Below are positions 38,328 to 53,033 of a stretch of 64,000 nt of DNA, in pieces. The notes beneath the pieces are model-generated. The model did no database searches and was not told the origin of the DNA. It saw only the letters and a program-made list of their open reading frames with translations. How positions within the stretch are numbered: the first letter of the stretch is position 1; every line of letters starts with the position of its first letter. Origin of the DNA: Octopus sinensis (taxonomy: Eukaryota); the NCBI RefSeq assembly GCF_006345805.1, contig NC_043000.1, positions 14,818,001 to 14,882,000 on the forward strand. The letters run 5' to 3'. The translations under genes and the position numbers were made by a program.

Positions 38328-40067
38328 GTGTGTGTGTCTATGTGTGTGTGCATATACATACGCATGGACAGAGAGAGATAGACAGAGATAGACAGAGAGT
38401 GAGGGAGGCACAGAGAGAGAGAGACAGAGACAGAAAGAGAGAGGGGGAGAGAGGCTTGATATTCCAAGTCACGATAAGATTAGTATCAGTATCAGCTACA
38501 CTGAAATATGTACAGGAGACAATACGATCTACCAAGCACTAGAAAGCAGTGCCACAGCATGGCCGCAATCCAATGACTAAAATCAATATATATCAATGCT
38601 TCTTCAACAATATAGGCGGCGAGCTGGCAGAAACGTTAGCGCGTCGGGCGAAATGCTTAGCGGTATTTCGTCTGACGTTACGTACTGAGTTCAAATTCCG
38701 CCGAGGTCGACTTTTCCTGTCATCCTTTCTGGGTCGATAAATAAAGTACCAGTTTCGCACTGGGGTCGATGTAATCTACTTAATCCCTTTGTCTGTCCTT
38801 GTTTGTCCTTTGTGGGTAGTAAATATATCAATGCTTCTGTTGCGCATAAATTTTTATTCAGCCTGCCGGCTAAATGCGACATCTGCGGTTTTTCAGTCAG
38901 TAAGGACGGATTTGCCTTAATATGAGTTTGCCAGTGGACACTTGCTACTGACGAAGCGCAATGGGACAGAAATGCACACATTTAGCAATGCCACCACTGC
39001 TGGTGGACAATTTTTGTCAGCTACAGATAGATTTCTGTGTTTTTTAGCACTAAACATCTTTAAGAGATGCATTCCCGAGACTAATACCTCAGTTGATCAA
39101 GTCTTCAACAATGTATGTGCTTCAGTATGATACACAGATAGCATAATGGAACGCCATGTACCCTTATTTTTTTTTTTTACAGTAAGTGTTTATATATATA
39201 AATATTTATACATTTAGCACAAGTCCCTGGCCCAGCCGGTTTCGAGTAGTATCGGAGGTAAGTGGACGAAACTACGAAGACATTCCGGGTTCCGTCTGAA
39301 GAGGTAATGGGCTGCGAATAATCCGTGTATCTTGTTTTTTCCTGTTTGCCATTGTCGTGCTGCGCGGATTTTTGTCAGTGAACAGGTCGCGGATTTTTGT
39401 CAGTGAACAGGTCGCGGATTTTAGCGACGAAAATATTTTGACAAATTAAACTTAAATGTTGAAGTGAATCGAACGGCTTTTGTGTGTTTCTTAAATGGCT
39501 TATAAACACCTTCCACGCTGCAATTGTTTTCGTTTCAGCACACGATCTCAGATCAAATTACTTGCTATGCGAGTACATCTCCGTAACTATATATATATAT
39601 ATATACACATCCCCGTCACCTAGTGGTTCAGCAAACGAAAGAGAACCTCTAGGATAAGTAACGGACTTAAAAAGCAAGTATTACTATTGTCGATTTGTTC
39701 AACTAAAACCTTTTCAATGCGGTGCCCCAGCATGGCCGCAGTCCAATGACTGAAGCGAGATAAATAGATAAAGCACACACATACACACATCCGCGTTGTT
39801 TTTCACGTGGCAAACCTTCTAACTACTGTTACTGCTACTCCATTATCCCCCCCTCTCACCTGCACCACTTCCGACATCACAATCGCCAACGCCTCGATTA
39901 TTATTCCATGTTTTAAAATCTCATTAATCGCCATGGCAACAACCATTATGCTTTTCGTGCGACAACTGCTGTGACGAGCAAAAATTAATGAATAAATAAA
40001 AGCAGAAATTACAGAATAATACTTCAGTGCATTTCTTCGAATCTCTAAATAGAGGCCATGAAAAGTG

Positions 40068-40109
<42 letters not shown>

Positions 40110-40554
40110 AGTTTGGCTGTCTGACTGACTGTCTGTCTAGATAGATAGAGAAAAATATGTATAGGGATATATATATATATATATATATAATATATATATA
40201 TATAACATATATATATAATATATTTATAATATATATGTGGAAGCACACCGTCGGTTACGACGATGAGGGTTCCGGTTGATCCGATCAACAGAACAGCCTT
40301 CTCGGGGATATTCAGCGTGACACAGAGAGTGACACAAGGCCGGCCCTTTGAAATACAGGTACAACAGAAACAGGAAGTAAGAGAAAGTTGTGGTGAAAGA
40401 GTACAGCAGGGATCACCACCATCCCCTGCCGGAGCCTCGTGGAGCTTTAGGTGTTTTCGCTCAATAAACACTCACAACGCCCGGTCTGGGAATCGAAACC
40501 GCGATTCTACGACCGCGAGTCCGCTGCCTTAACCACTGGGCCATTGCGCCTCCA

Positions 40555-40830
<276 letters not shown>

Positions 40831-41396
40831 AAAATAAGCAACAAGTAATCACCCCGTGGATTTATATGGATAATACCATACAAAATTCTGGTGCCTTTGA
40901 CTTAAGTACCATATTCATCTGAATCTAAATTTTGCTGAACTTATATGTATATATATGTATGTAGAGAGAGGGGGGGATTGAGAGATATTAAAGAAACTTT
41001 TGGTACTCTTCTACCTGAATATATTACTAAAAAGAAAACGTAGATTTCACATCTCTCGTATGTTGTGTTTTTTTGGGGAAGCTAGGATGACGCGCAAATT
41101 GCACGATTATCCCCGGCAGCGCAAGCTTTATCTATGTCACTGTATACATGATAGATACATACATGAAATGACGATGATTGACGTCGTCATATTTAATTCG
41201 TTCCGGTAGATTCGAACGCGAACATGCACAATCGCTGTTGTATTTGTTTGTTCATAACCTACTCGATTCATTTGATCTCATCTGCCACACACTCACACAC
41301 ACACACACTCACACACCCACACACGACAAAGTTTTTACTCAAGTAATTAGTGAATTGATTACTCGATCAGACTAAACAGTATATATATATATATTA

Positions 41397-41439
<43 letters not shown>

Positions 41440-41640
41440 ATATATATATTATTTATATTAAATTAGAGATAAAACCACTATTAGGCAAATCAAACAATGA
41501 AAAACTTAAGCTAATACATAAAATTAATTAATTTATATTATTTTAAATATATATCTCAAAAGTATTAAAAGTTTAATAAAAGATAATGAGTAAAACACTA
41601 CGATCGTTTCATGGCTCCATATACATATATATATAAACAG

Positions 41641-41677
<37 letters not shown>

Positions 41678-41681
<4 letters not shown>

Positions 41682-42063
41682 CATACATATAAGAGGGATG
41701 ATCACTCAGTGGACATCCATTCTGCTAGAAGTAGACCCCTATGGTCTTACCACTAAGAAAGGATTGTTCTCAAAAAAATTTAGCAAACGCCAGAACGCGG
41801 ACGTTCTGTGTATAGTTCTGCAAATTATATTTTGCTATGACATTCACACTGATGAGTTGCGGACAAATTACGTAAGTAATTGCGTAAGTGGTAACAACGA
41901 AACCGGGTTTGTGATTAATCTTTATATTTTGTATCTTTTCATTTGTCTTGCCCGCTTACGTTCTGGCGTTTGCTAAATTTTCTTGAGAACAATCCTTTCT
42001 TAGTGGTAAGACCATAGAGGGCCTACTTCTAACAGAATAGCTGTCCACTTATATGTATGTAAT
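41678..42063. mobile_element. Penelope-like fold-back insertion (about 90-100 bp inverted arms)
   Basis: 41709-41797 is an inverted repeat of about 41959-42049, with a hammerhead motif in the spacer. Confidence 0.6.
41844..41914 (+). ncRNA. Type I hammerhead ribozyme motif with extended stem II
   Basis: UCACA-CUGAUGA-GUUG...CAAC-GAAA-CCGGG-UU|UGUGA; stem I UCACA/UGUGA, intact core. Confidence 0.55.
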
Positions 42064-42171
42064 ATAATTTTTCTGAATCTTCAGCTTTTTCAATATGCTA
42101 GACCACTGGTTTTAAATTGATATTAATCAAAATTTAATATTCAATTTTTCACCCTTATTATTTTATATATA

Positions 42172-42224
<53 letters not shown>

Positions 42225-42366
42225 GTGTGTGTGTGTGTGTATGCATGTGCGTGTGGTGTATGCATGTCTGTGTGTGTGTATGTTTGTGCGTGTGTGTGTG
42301 TGTGTGTGGTGTGTGTGTGTGTGTATACATGTGCGTGTGGTGTATGCATGTCTGTGTCTGTGTGTG

Positions 42367-42398
<32 letters not shown>

Positions 42399-44105
42399 CT
42401 GTATGTGTGTGTGTGTGTTTGTGAATAACTCAATCCAGAAACTAGCAAAATGTTTACTCAATTAATTAGCAAAGTGATTACTCGTTCAGACTAAACAGCT
42501 TATAACAACCAAAAGGAATAAATTGCTATCACTTATTATGATATAAGTGACGCGTTGGTGATATGTGCCTCTAGGTGATGGCTCGACCTGCTAGAAATAT
42601 CAACCAGCTAGTTTGTCGTAGAGCCCTTATATGATTTTTCTATAAATCGAGAAACCCACGCTTATATTTTAGAGATGATCCACTACACACACACACCGCC
42701 CTAAGACATTGAAATTAAACAAAACTTGTTATAGAGAGAATTAATCCATATAAAAATTTCTACATAAAAATGCCAAATATGATTTTCTTGCCCCAGCATG
42801 ACCGCAGTCAAATGACTGAAACAAGTAAAAGATAATCTTTTCTACTCTAGGCACAAGGCCCGAAATTTGGGGGGTGGGCCCCACGTCGATTATATCGACC
42901 CCAGTGCGTAACTGGTACTTAATTTATTGACCCCAAAAGGATGAAAGGCAATGTCAACCTCGGCGGAATTTGAACTCAGAACGTAAAGACAACGAAATAT
43001 TGCTGAGCATTCCACCCGGCGTGCTAACGTTTCTTTTATCTTTATTGCCCACAAGGAGCTAAACATAGAGGGGACAAACAAGGATAGACAAAGGGATTAA
43101 GTCGATTCGATCGACATCTGTGCGTAACTGGTACTTAATTAATCGACCCCGAAAGGATGAAAGGCAAAGTCGACCTCGGCGGAATTTGAACTCAGAACAT
43201 AACGGCAGACGAAATATCACTAAACATTTCGCCCGTCGTGCTAACGTTTCTGCCAGCTCGCCGCCTTCAAGTAAAAAATAATAGATGAAAGCTAGATTGA
43301 AATAGGGAGAGAGGAAGAGAGAGAGGAAGAGAGAGAGAGGAAGAGAGAGATTAGTAAATTTAAAAAAAACGTGTTTGATATTTAACTCGTGCTCACGTTT
43401 TAGACAGCAACTCATCTAACTTAATCGGGTTTTACGAGAAGATGATACTTGCCAAATAATATAAATATTACTTATTATCCAGCTTAAGTGGGCCGAGTGC
43501 TAATTTTGACATTATTAATCTGCTCGGCTCGATAGGTGTTTTCTTTCTTTCTTTTTTTTTTCATCTTTTTTTTTGCTTTTTTTTTAAATTTTCTTTTTCT
43601 ATTCCCCCTTCTCTCCTCGCATTGACTTTCAAGCAAAAAAGCATATTAAATGGACAATTTAAAGAAGAAAAAAATTTAGCAGGCTGTGTTATTAAACTCG
43701 TGTTGAAGGGCGTTGAATCTGCTTCGTTGATAATCTAACACATGCTGCAATCTAAACATTGATTGTTCAGTTCGTTTGATAGCAGATTCATTGACTAATA
43801 AATACAGTTTGTTTTTTTATCTCTATAAGGATGCTGTTTTCATGTACATATGCCTCCCACATAGTGATACTGTGTTTTTGAATAAAGTTTAAGAAGAATT
43901 AACAAGGATTAAGAGCAGTTTACTCCTAAAAGTTTTAATTCTAATTTTAAGCAAAATCTGTAACTTTGGCTATGGTGGATCGAATCCACTTCATGCTTGC
44001 AAGATCCACTACAAATCCACAACTACAAATACTTAATTTATCGACCCCGAAAGGATGAAAGGCAAAGTCGACCTCGGCGGAATTTGAACTCATAACGACA
44101 CAATC

Positions 44106-44388
44106 TGGCTATACGACACGATCTGTGTCTTTATATTTTTGAACAAGGGAATCTAGCGCCCCCACTCAGCTCAAAACAATATCTGTGTATCGCGATTTCC
44201 GGGGCCGGGACTGCCATGTTATGTTGGCAAACAACCTTTACTACAAAGTACTGTTGCTGAATACCTCACATTGTGAGATTTAAAACTAGTAATTTTCTAA
44301 GCCTGTAATGGTTTGGTGACACGGGGTGGGATGGCACACTCTAAGGGCTGCCCCTGGCGGCACATGCTTTACATAGGCCACAGCACAT
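44106..44388. repeat. About 285-bp dispersed repeat (copy 1)
   Basis: Highly similar to 51786-52070. Confidence 0.7.
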
Positions 44389-45538
44389 TTAGACATTTTG
44401 ACAGTTTGGTATTTTTGTTTTCGTTTACAAACATTTCCCTTTACATGAGGTGAACGCTTAAACATTGCTCACGTTCTCACTAACCTAAAATTAACATTGG
44501 CTTCAAATTTTGGAATAAGGCCAGCATTTTCGGGAGAGAGATAATTCGATTTCATCGAGCCCCAGTGTTCAACTGATATTTATTTTATCGAGCACGAGAG
44601 GATGAAAGGTAACGTCGACCTCGATGGAATTTGAACTCAGAACGTAGCAGCAATGACGTGTATTCAGCAGTAATTTTATTCAGCTGAATACACGTCATTG
44701 ATTGGTTGAAATTACCGAAATACGACAAATTTAACGTGAAATAACTTCGTAAATATAAGCTTTTCTCAAAAATGCTAAGAGTAAAAGATGTTTTATATGA
44801 CACATTCTACCAGTGTCAGAAGTTTGAAAGTGTTTAGTTACAAAAAATTATTTTTTAAATCTGTCGGTCAAAAGGTAAAGATCCAAACATTCAAGTCTTT
44901 ATGGGAACTTCCAGATCCAAATCCTTAAACAGGAACAATAATGGTTTTATTCATTGTGGTGTGCTGCAGCTTTACAGATAATAGTTTCTCAATGTTGTGT
45001 ATGCGACTTAGTATATAAGAATACTTTGAAACAAAAACGATAATCTTATAATTGGAGGACGGTTTAAAGAACAACATACATAATTCAACGCTTCTCATCC
45101 AAAGCTCAAAAGCAAAAACGGAAGATTAACCTTCGTTTTTTCGTTTTATAATACGTAGATCGAAAGTCCCTCACTTCCACGTCATTCGGAAATTCATAGA
45201 ATGTTCCAGAACATTCCAGAATGTTCCAAAATCAACGGAACAGCCCGCTCATGAAATTAACATGCAAGTGGCTGAACTCTCCAGACACACGTACCCTCAA
45301 CGTAGTTCTCAGGGTAGTTCAATGTGACACAGAATGTGACTAGACTGGCTCCTTGAATTACAGATACAGCTTATTTTTACCAGATGAGTAGATTGGAGCA
45401 TTGTGGAATAAAGCGTCTTGCTCAAGGTTATAACGCGCCACCAGAAATCGAACTAACGACGCTATGATCGAGAGCCAAATACCACTAATCCATGCGTAAC
45501 CACATGTAGATGGTTGGAGATTTTTTCCTCCGTTTTCT

Positions 45539-45573
45539 GTTTCTGACAAAGAGCTTTGCTCGAAACGTAAAAC
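45539..45573 (+). ncRNA. Degenerate minimal hammerhead motif (core CUGACAA)
   Basis: Stem I GUUU/AAAC, stem II GAGC/GCUC, GAAACGUA; conserved G8 replaced by A. Confidence 0.4.
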
Positions 45574-45747
45574 TATCTTTCTTTCCTTCCCTGAGCATCT
45601 GCTAATACTTTGCATGTACCACGTCCTCGCGTTGTTTTTTTTTTCTTGTTGTGTTTTTTCTTCGTTTTTTTTTTTTAATTATATATATATAAAGTGACCT
45701 AGCATATTGAAAAAATCTGAAGATTCAGAAAAATTATATTACATACA

Positions 45748-45931
45748 TATAAGAGGAATGACCACTAAGTGGACATCCATTATGCTAGAGGTACCCCATA
45801 TGGTCTGACCACTAAAAAAATATAGTTCTCTTTGCTGAATTTTCTTGAGAACAATCTTTTCTTAGTGGTCAGACCGTATGAAGTCTACCTCTAGCATAAT
45901 GGATGTCCACTTAGTGGTCATCCCTTTTATA
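45748..45931. mobile_element. Penelope-like fold-back insertion
   Basis: About 85-bp inverted arms of the same family with a short spacer. Confidence 0.6.
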
Positions 45932-46148
45932 TCTATGCAAATATATATATATATATATATATATAGCATTAATATAAATCTCTGAACGAGATATAACAGT
46001 AACTGCACGACAGTATGAGGTATACTTGCCATCTCAATATGGCTAACCGCTAAGGGTGGGTGTTACTGTAGCTTGTAGCCCCAGGAGAACATCGTCTCTT
46101 GCCATCTCAATAAGCCAGCTGGAGACGATGTTCTCCTGGGGCTACAAG

Positions 46149-46288
<140 letters not shown>

Positions 46289-46510
46289 TAGATAGATATA
46301 TAGATATATTAGAGAGGTTATGCATCTTCAGCCATTTGAGTCTAACGAGCTGCCTATACTGCTAAGTGTTTTATAGGTGTGAAACTAATGGTCACTCTAT
46401 GACCGGCGACTCTATGAACTTTTAAGTTCCTTAAATATATACATTACTGCTCTAATACTTTAAAGTGTACTTCTTTTTCGGATGAGTGAACTACTGGCGA
46501 TATATATATA

Positions 46511-46745
46511 CAGGTTGGCCAAATGTCACCCGACAGTAAATCTCAATTCCATAAATACTATCTGTAATTCTGCATTGACTCGGATGGGGAAAATGTGTCG
46601 CTCAAGAAGGACGTCAGTTTGAACAATTTTCATGATGTTTCATATTTTAAATGCTTTTATTAAATTCTTTCAGTTGTTAAACATAAAACAAATTTTGGAA
46701 TTAAATGGTTTTGATTTACTGTCAGGTGACTTTTGGCCAACCTTG
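46511..46745. mobile_element. Tc1/mariner-type MITE
   Basis: TA|CAGGTTGGCCAAATGTCACCCGACAGTAAATC...GATTTACTGTCAGGTGACTTTTGGCCAACCTTG|TA. Confidence 0.7.
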
Positions 46746-46806
46746 TATTCTTTTATTCTTTTAATTATTTCAGGTGTTTGACTGCAGCCATGCTGGAGCA
46801 CCGCCT

Positions 46807-47097
<291 letters not shown>

Positions 47098-47709
47098 GGA
47101 GATTCACGAAAAAAAAAAAAAAGACGAAGACAGGTGGTGTACAAAACAAACAGATGTATTAGTATAACGCTCAGGAATTGAAAAAGTCTTTTACGTTTCG
47201 AGCCTACGCTCTTCCACTGAAAAAAAACAGGGAGAGAAACAAGGAGAGAAAAAAATGTGTGTAGTGGCTACCGATCTATCATAGCGACTATATATATTGT
47301 TGAAAAATTATAGAGATCTATACAAATCAAATTTTTATATATAAAAGATGGAGGTGGAAACAGAACAGAAGCAAATTTAAGACGTTTTGATTTAGAAAGA
47401 AATTTAGAAAATGATTTTAAAAATTATATATATATAGAAAATGTAAAATATTACCGGGTTCGATGATAAATTTCATCTTATCAAATATTAATAAAAATTT
47501 GGAACTTGAAATAAAAACACTTTGTTTCGTGGTTCTGTTTCGTGTGTGTGTGGAGGGGGGTGACACACACACTCACGCAGCTGGACATAAAACCCAGTCA
47601 ATAAATTCTATTAAGCCACTCCCTCGGCAGGTACCCACAGAGACTTTTTAAGACAATAGACAACTACACCCCCTCACTTTCTTTCTAACACATTGAGCTT
47701 TATACCAAA

Positions 47710-48093
47710 CTAGCAGTATCGCCCGGCGTTGCTCAGGTTTGTAAGGGAAATAACTCTAAAGCATTTTTAGAGAGTTATAGCCAAAATATAGCAAAAAAAT
47801 GGAAAAAAATTATGGTAAATTTTTTTTGAGAGTTAAAAAAGGTCGAGTTGCGTCCCCTAGACAGTCTGTGGTTTGTGTTTCTCATTCTCGACCCCATGTC
47901 GAATTTATCGATTTTTTTCAGAACTGGGGGAACTTTTCAAAATTTTCGCTGCGTTAGTTTTGAATTATGACATTGGGCTATGTGTGTGTCAAGTTTCATC
48001 AGAATCGGTTGAAAGCAGTGGTCAGGGTGAGGGTACAACCTAACAGACACACAGAAACACACACAGACAAACTGCCGTTTATATAGAGAGAGA
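47710..48093 (-). mobile_element. Non-autonomous Helitron, subfamily B
   Basis: Reverse-complement copy of 26497-26880 with TC/CTAG ends and A|T site. Confidence 0.8.
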
Positions 48094-48328
48094 TTATTTA
48101 CAAATAAACTTTATTTAAAGAAGATTGTACGAAAAATCTCCGGACTTGTTCTAACCACCAAACATAAGATAAATACAAACTGTATATACTTCAAATTCCA
48201 AATTTTTATTAATATTTGAATAGATGAAATCCATCATCGAAACCGGTAATATTTTCTATATATATAAAATTTTAAATTATTTTATTAATTTCTTTCTAAA
48301 TTAAAATGTTTTAAATTTACTCCCATCT

Positions 48329-48360
<32 letters not shown>

Positions 48361-48954
48361 GAGAGAGGGGGGAAGAGAGGGTGGAGAGAGAGAGGTAATA
48401 CGTATTATACACACACAATATTTATATATATATTTACTTACACACACGCATATAATTGTATATGTATATACGTGTATATATATTTCTTTACTACCCACAA
48501 GGGGCTAAACACAGAAGGGGCAAACAAGGACAGACAAACGGATTAAGTCGATAACATCGACCCCAGTGCGAAACTGGTACTTAATTTATCGACCCCGAAA
48601 GGATGAAAGGCAAAGTCGACCTCGGCGGAATTTGAACTCAGAACGCAACGGCGGACGAAATACGTATTTCTTTACTACCCATAAGGGGCCAAACACAGAA
48701 GGGACAAACAAGGACAGACAAACGGATTAAGTCGATTACATCGACCCCAATGCGAAACTGGTACTTAATTTATCGACTCCGAAAGGATGAAAGGCAAAGT
48801 CGACCTCGGCGGAATTTGAACTCAAAACGTAGCGGCAGACGCGAAATACCGCAAAGCATTTCGCCCGCCGTGCTAACGTTTCTGCCAGCTCGCCGCCTTG
48901 TATATACGTGTATATAGCTATCAATATGATATAATGATAATTAAGTGAACATAC

Positions 48955-49241
48955 CTGTGTTTTTAAAACGAGGTTAGCAAATGTGATTCGCTCTCCTGGC
49001 CTAGCTTGGGATATAGATATTCGTCCGGCGTCACCAGGCAATACTGATAATCTGTGCCTTTCTTGTTTAGCCTTTTCCATAAGGAACTGCTGGATGGATT
49101 TCTTTCTTAATGGTGTCATAGGTGGCAGCCCTTCATCCTTTTGACCTCCTATACTCAACCGTTTCGCAGCAGTACCGGAAGCACTGGAAAATGAGACGCG
49201 TGAACCTCTTCGACTGCTTTTTTCACCTTTTGCACTTAAAC
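48955..49241 (-). CDS. Internal exon of the other N-terminal isoform of the membrane protein gene
   Basis: ctcacag|GT TTA...ACA CAG|gtatgt; 287 nt open frame [17 protein letters not shown]...[12 protein letters not shown]; phase-0 end fits the TM exon. Confidence 0.72.
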
Positions 49242-49269
49242 CTGTGAGTTAGAAAAAGATAGTATACTT

Positions 49270-50038
<769 letters not shown>

Positions 50039-50492
50039 TACTTGTGTGTATGTGTACATTTTGATCGGTAGATGCATCTAGTGTCTAGCACTTAGTACGA
50101 GTGCGTGTAAGTTTATGGATGTGTAGCTATATATATAAATTCGTTTTGTCATCCATACAATTTCCCAGTCTCTGTTAAATTTACAAATGAAATGGCTCCA
50201 AGCGGAAATCGAAATCAGATAGATGGATGATAGATTGATGGGAGCGTAGATAAGTATAAAAGAAGACAGAGAAAGATAAAGTAGGAAGATTAGAAGGGAA
50301 ACGATGGCAAAATATAGAGCAATGGTTCTCAACTGGGGTCCACGTGACCCTTGGAAATTCCTACAAAATTTTGTTAAAAGTTATGTGCCATAAATTGGTT
50401 ATACCTCTACAGAACACAAAATATTTTAACAAACTTTTATACAATTCCTAGTAACATTTAATTACAGGCGGCGAGCTGGCAGAAACATTAGC

Positions 50493-51007
50493 ATTTTAGA
50501 ACAAGGTTGAGTCCATAAAATAGGATTTGACTACACCTCCATTTAGAGCACAGTTTAAGCTATCTTTTCGTGGAAGAAGGTTTATGTTCCTATAACCTGT
50601 GTTAATTCTGTAACACTTTAAAATGGAAGATAAGAAAGTTCATTTTCAGCACTTGATGCTTTGGGAACCAGACAAAAATTGCTGCACCTCGGCTGGGATG
50701 TGTTACCCCACCCTCCATATTCACCAGATATTGCTCCTTCGGATTTCCACTTATTCAGTTCTCTGAAGAACAGTCTTAATGGTAAAAATTTCAATTCTTT
50801 GGATGACATAAAAAGATACCTTGATGAATTCTTTGCCATGAAACCACCTCAATTCTGGGAAGAGGGTATTTTCAGTTTAAAGGAAAGATGGAGACGCATT
50901 GTGCAACAAAATGGTTCATATTTGGTTGATTAAAAATGTAATGGCAAGTATTTATTGACCTTTTTCTTTCCTTTAAAAATCGGCACGAACTTTCCGGACA
51001 ACTCAAA
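50493..51007 (+). mobile_element. Internally deleted mariner, 3' part with TIR
   Basis: HPPYSPDIAPSDFHLF motif and WRRIVQQNGSY C-terminus, right TIR AAATCGGCACGAACTTTCCGGACAAC; same deletion junction as 31075-31364. Confidence 0.85.
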
Positions 51008-51177
51008 TATATATATATATATAAACAGTAGCGGTAACACATCGTGACGCATATTTGCCATTTGAATATGGCTGACCCCTAAGGGTGGATGCTACTGTAG
51101 TTTGTAGCCCCAGGAAGATATCTCCTCCAGCTTGCTATAGACACACTATCTGTGCCCTATAACTCGCTCCGAGATTT

Positions 51178-51209
<32 letters not shown>

Positions 51210-51785
51210 ATATATATATATATAATATATGCCATGGAAATCGGAAAACCGGTCCTTACGAGTCCATAGGATATTTATCCTTTTCTTTTACTGTAGATCT
51301 ACCGTAGATTGTATCACTCCTGTTTCGTCTCCCAATCTCGCAACACCAAATCTCAACAAGCTTCACACTTCAACATCATCTCAGTCTGCAGAGAGCCTAT
51401 CTGATGGTAGTGACAAAAATAAGTTGTATCTGTATTTCAAAAGGCCAGCATTGTCACATTCTGTGTCACACTGAAATTCCATGAGAATTACGTTAAGGGT
51501 ACGTGAACCCGTGGAGTACTCAACCACTTGCACGTCAGTTTCATGAGTAGGCTGTTCCGTCGATCGAATCAAGCGGGACCCTTGTTATCGTAACCGACGG
51601 AGTGCCAGTTTATATGTGTGTGTGCGCGGGAGGTTTGTCCCGGGCAACGCTTTTACGGGGGTGGAACTTTTGGGACTGCTGAATAACCCTGTAATGTAGT
51701 AAAGATTGTTTGCCAACAAAACATGGTAGTTCCGGGCTAGGACGAATGTTGCTGTAATTTAGCCCCAGGAGACATCGTCTCCAGC

Positions 51786-52070
51786 CGGCTATACGACACG
51801 ATCTGTGTCTTTATATTTTCGAACAAGGAAATCTAGCACCCCCACTCAGCTTAAAACAATATCTGTGTATCGCGATTTCCGGGACCGAGACAGCCATGTT
51901 ACGTTGGCAAACAATCTTTACTATAAAGTACTGTTGCTGAATACCTCACGTTGTGAGATTTAAAAATAGTAATTTTCTAAGCCTGTAATGGTTTGGTGAC
52001 ACGGGGTGGGGCTGCAAACTCAAGGGCTGCCCTTGGCGGTACACGCTTTAGATAGGCCACAGCACACAGA
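51786..52070. repeat. About 285-bp dispersed repeat (copy 2)
   Basis: Highly similar to 44106-44388. Confidence 0.7.
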
Positions 52071-52505
52071 CCACATCCGAAATCACCTATGTCCCAAAAC
52101 ATATACACTTTTGGTGAGTAGGTTTTTTTTTATACGTCTTTTAGTCAGAAAGGAAAGTAGTGCCAATGACCCTTCCGGGATTAGTGAGCGGGTGGTGGGG
52201 GCGAGGAAGGTATCCTCAAACCTGCCCTGAATGTTTGCAGCTAAAGGCGCTAGAGGAAGTTTACCATTCATGTAGGCCATAGCGGAATTTGAACTCAGAA
52301 TGCAAGACCTGGAACAAATACTGCAAGGCATCCAATCCTACGTTTTTACAGTTCTTTAATTCACCGTTCTGGTTTGTTACTGTTTTATTATCAACCCCCG
52401 AAAGAAAGAAAATGCAATAATGACCACGGTAAGATTTGATCTCAGTGTCGAATCACAGAACAAATAGAACGCATCATTTTATTGGATGCTTTAACGACTT
52501 TGCCA

Positions 52506-52605
52506 NNNNNNNNNNNNNNNNNNNNNNNNNNNNNNNNNNNNNNNNNNNNNNNNNNNNNNNNNNNNNNNNNNNNNNNNNNNNNNNNNNNNNNNNNNNNNNN
52601 NNNNN
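52506..52605. other. Assembly gap (100 N)
   Basis: Run of N. Confidence 1.
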
Positions 52606-52611
52606 TCAACT

Positions 52612-52642
<31 letters not shown>

Positions 52643-53002
52643 GATATATCACATCCTAAATATATGTGTGTGTACGTGTTTGGATGTATTATGCAAGCAT
52701 GTGTAAACCTGTATATAATATTCTTTTATATTTCTTAAATATCTAATAATTGTGTCCAACCACTCAAATCACGAAACCTTCTTTACTGATTTACATTAAC
52801 ATTTTCATTTACATTTCAGGAGACTTACGTTCCTCTCACCACCTTATTTACATATGTGTGTGCGTCTAAGTGTATGGAATTAAATGAGAAACACCCAGTC
52901 TTACACTGTAAGAGAGAGAGATTGTGTGTATGTGTGTGTGCCTTTATTTGGGTACGTCTGTAAGCACATGCGAGAGTGTGTCATATGTTGATTGAGGCTT
53001 AC

Positions 53003-53033
53003 GTTGACTGTAGTTGTTGCTGTTTGCTTGCAT
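53003..53033 (-). CDS. Candidate start-codon exon (coding part) of the 220-aa isoform
   Basis: ATG CAA GCA AAC AGC AAC AAC TAC AGT CAA C|gtaagc gives the phase 1 needed by exon 48955-49241; in-frame TGA upstream; acceptor tttgatttctag| at 53187. Confidence 0.45.

Noticed and set aside
39260-39310. GAAAC ... CTGAAGA words suggesting a type II hammerhead
   Set aside because: Stems II and III cannot be formed.
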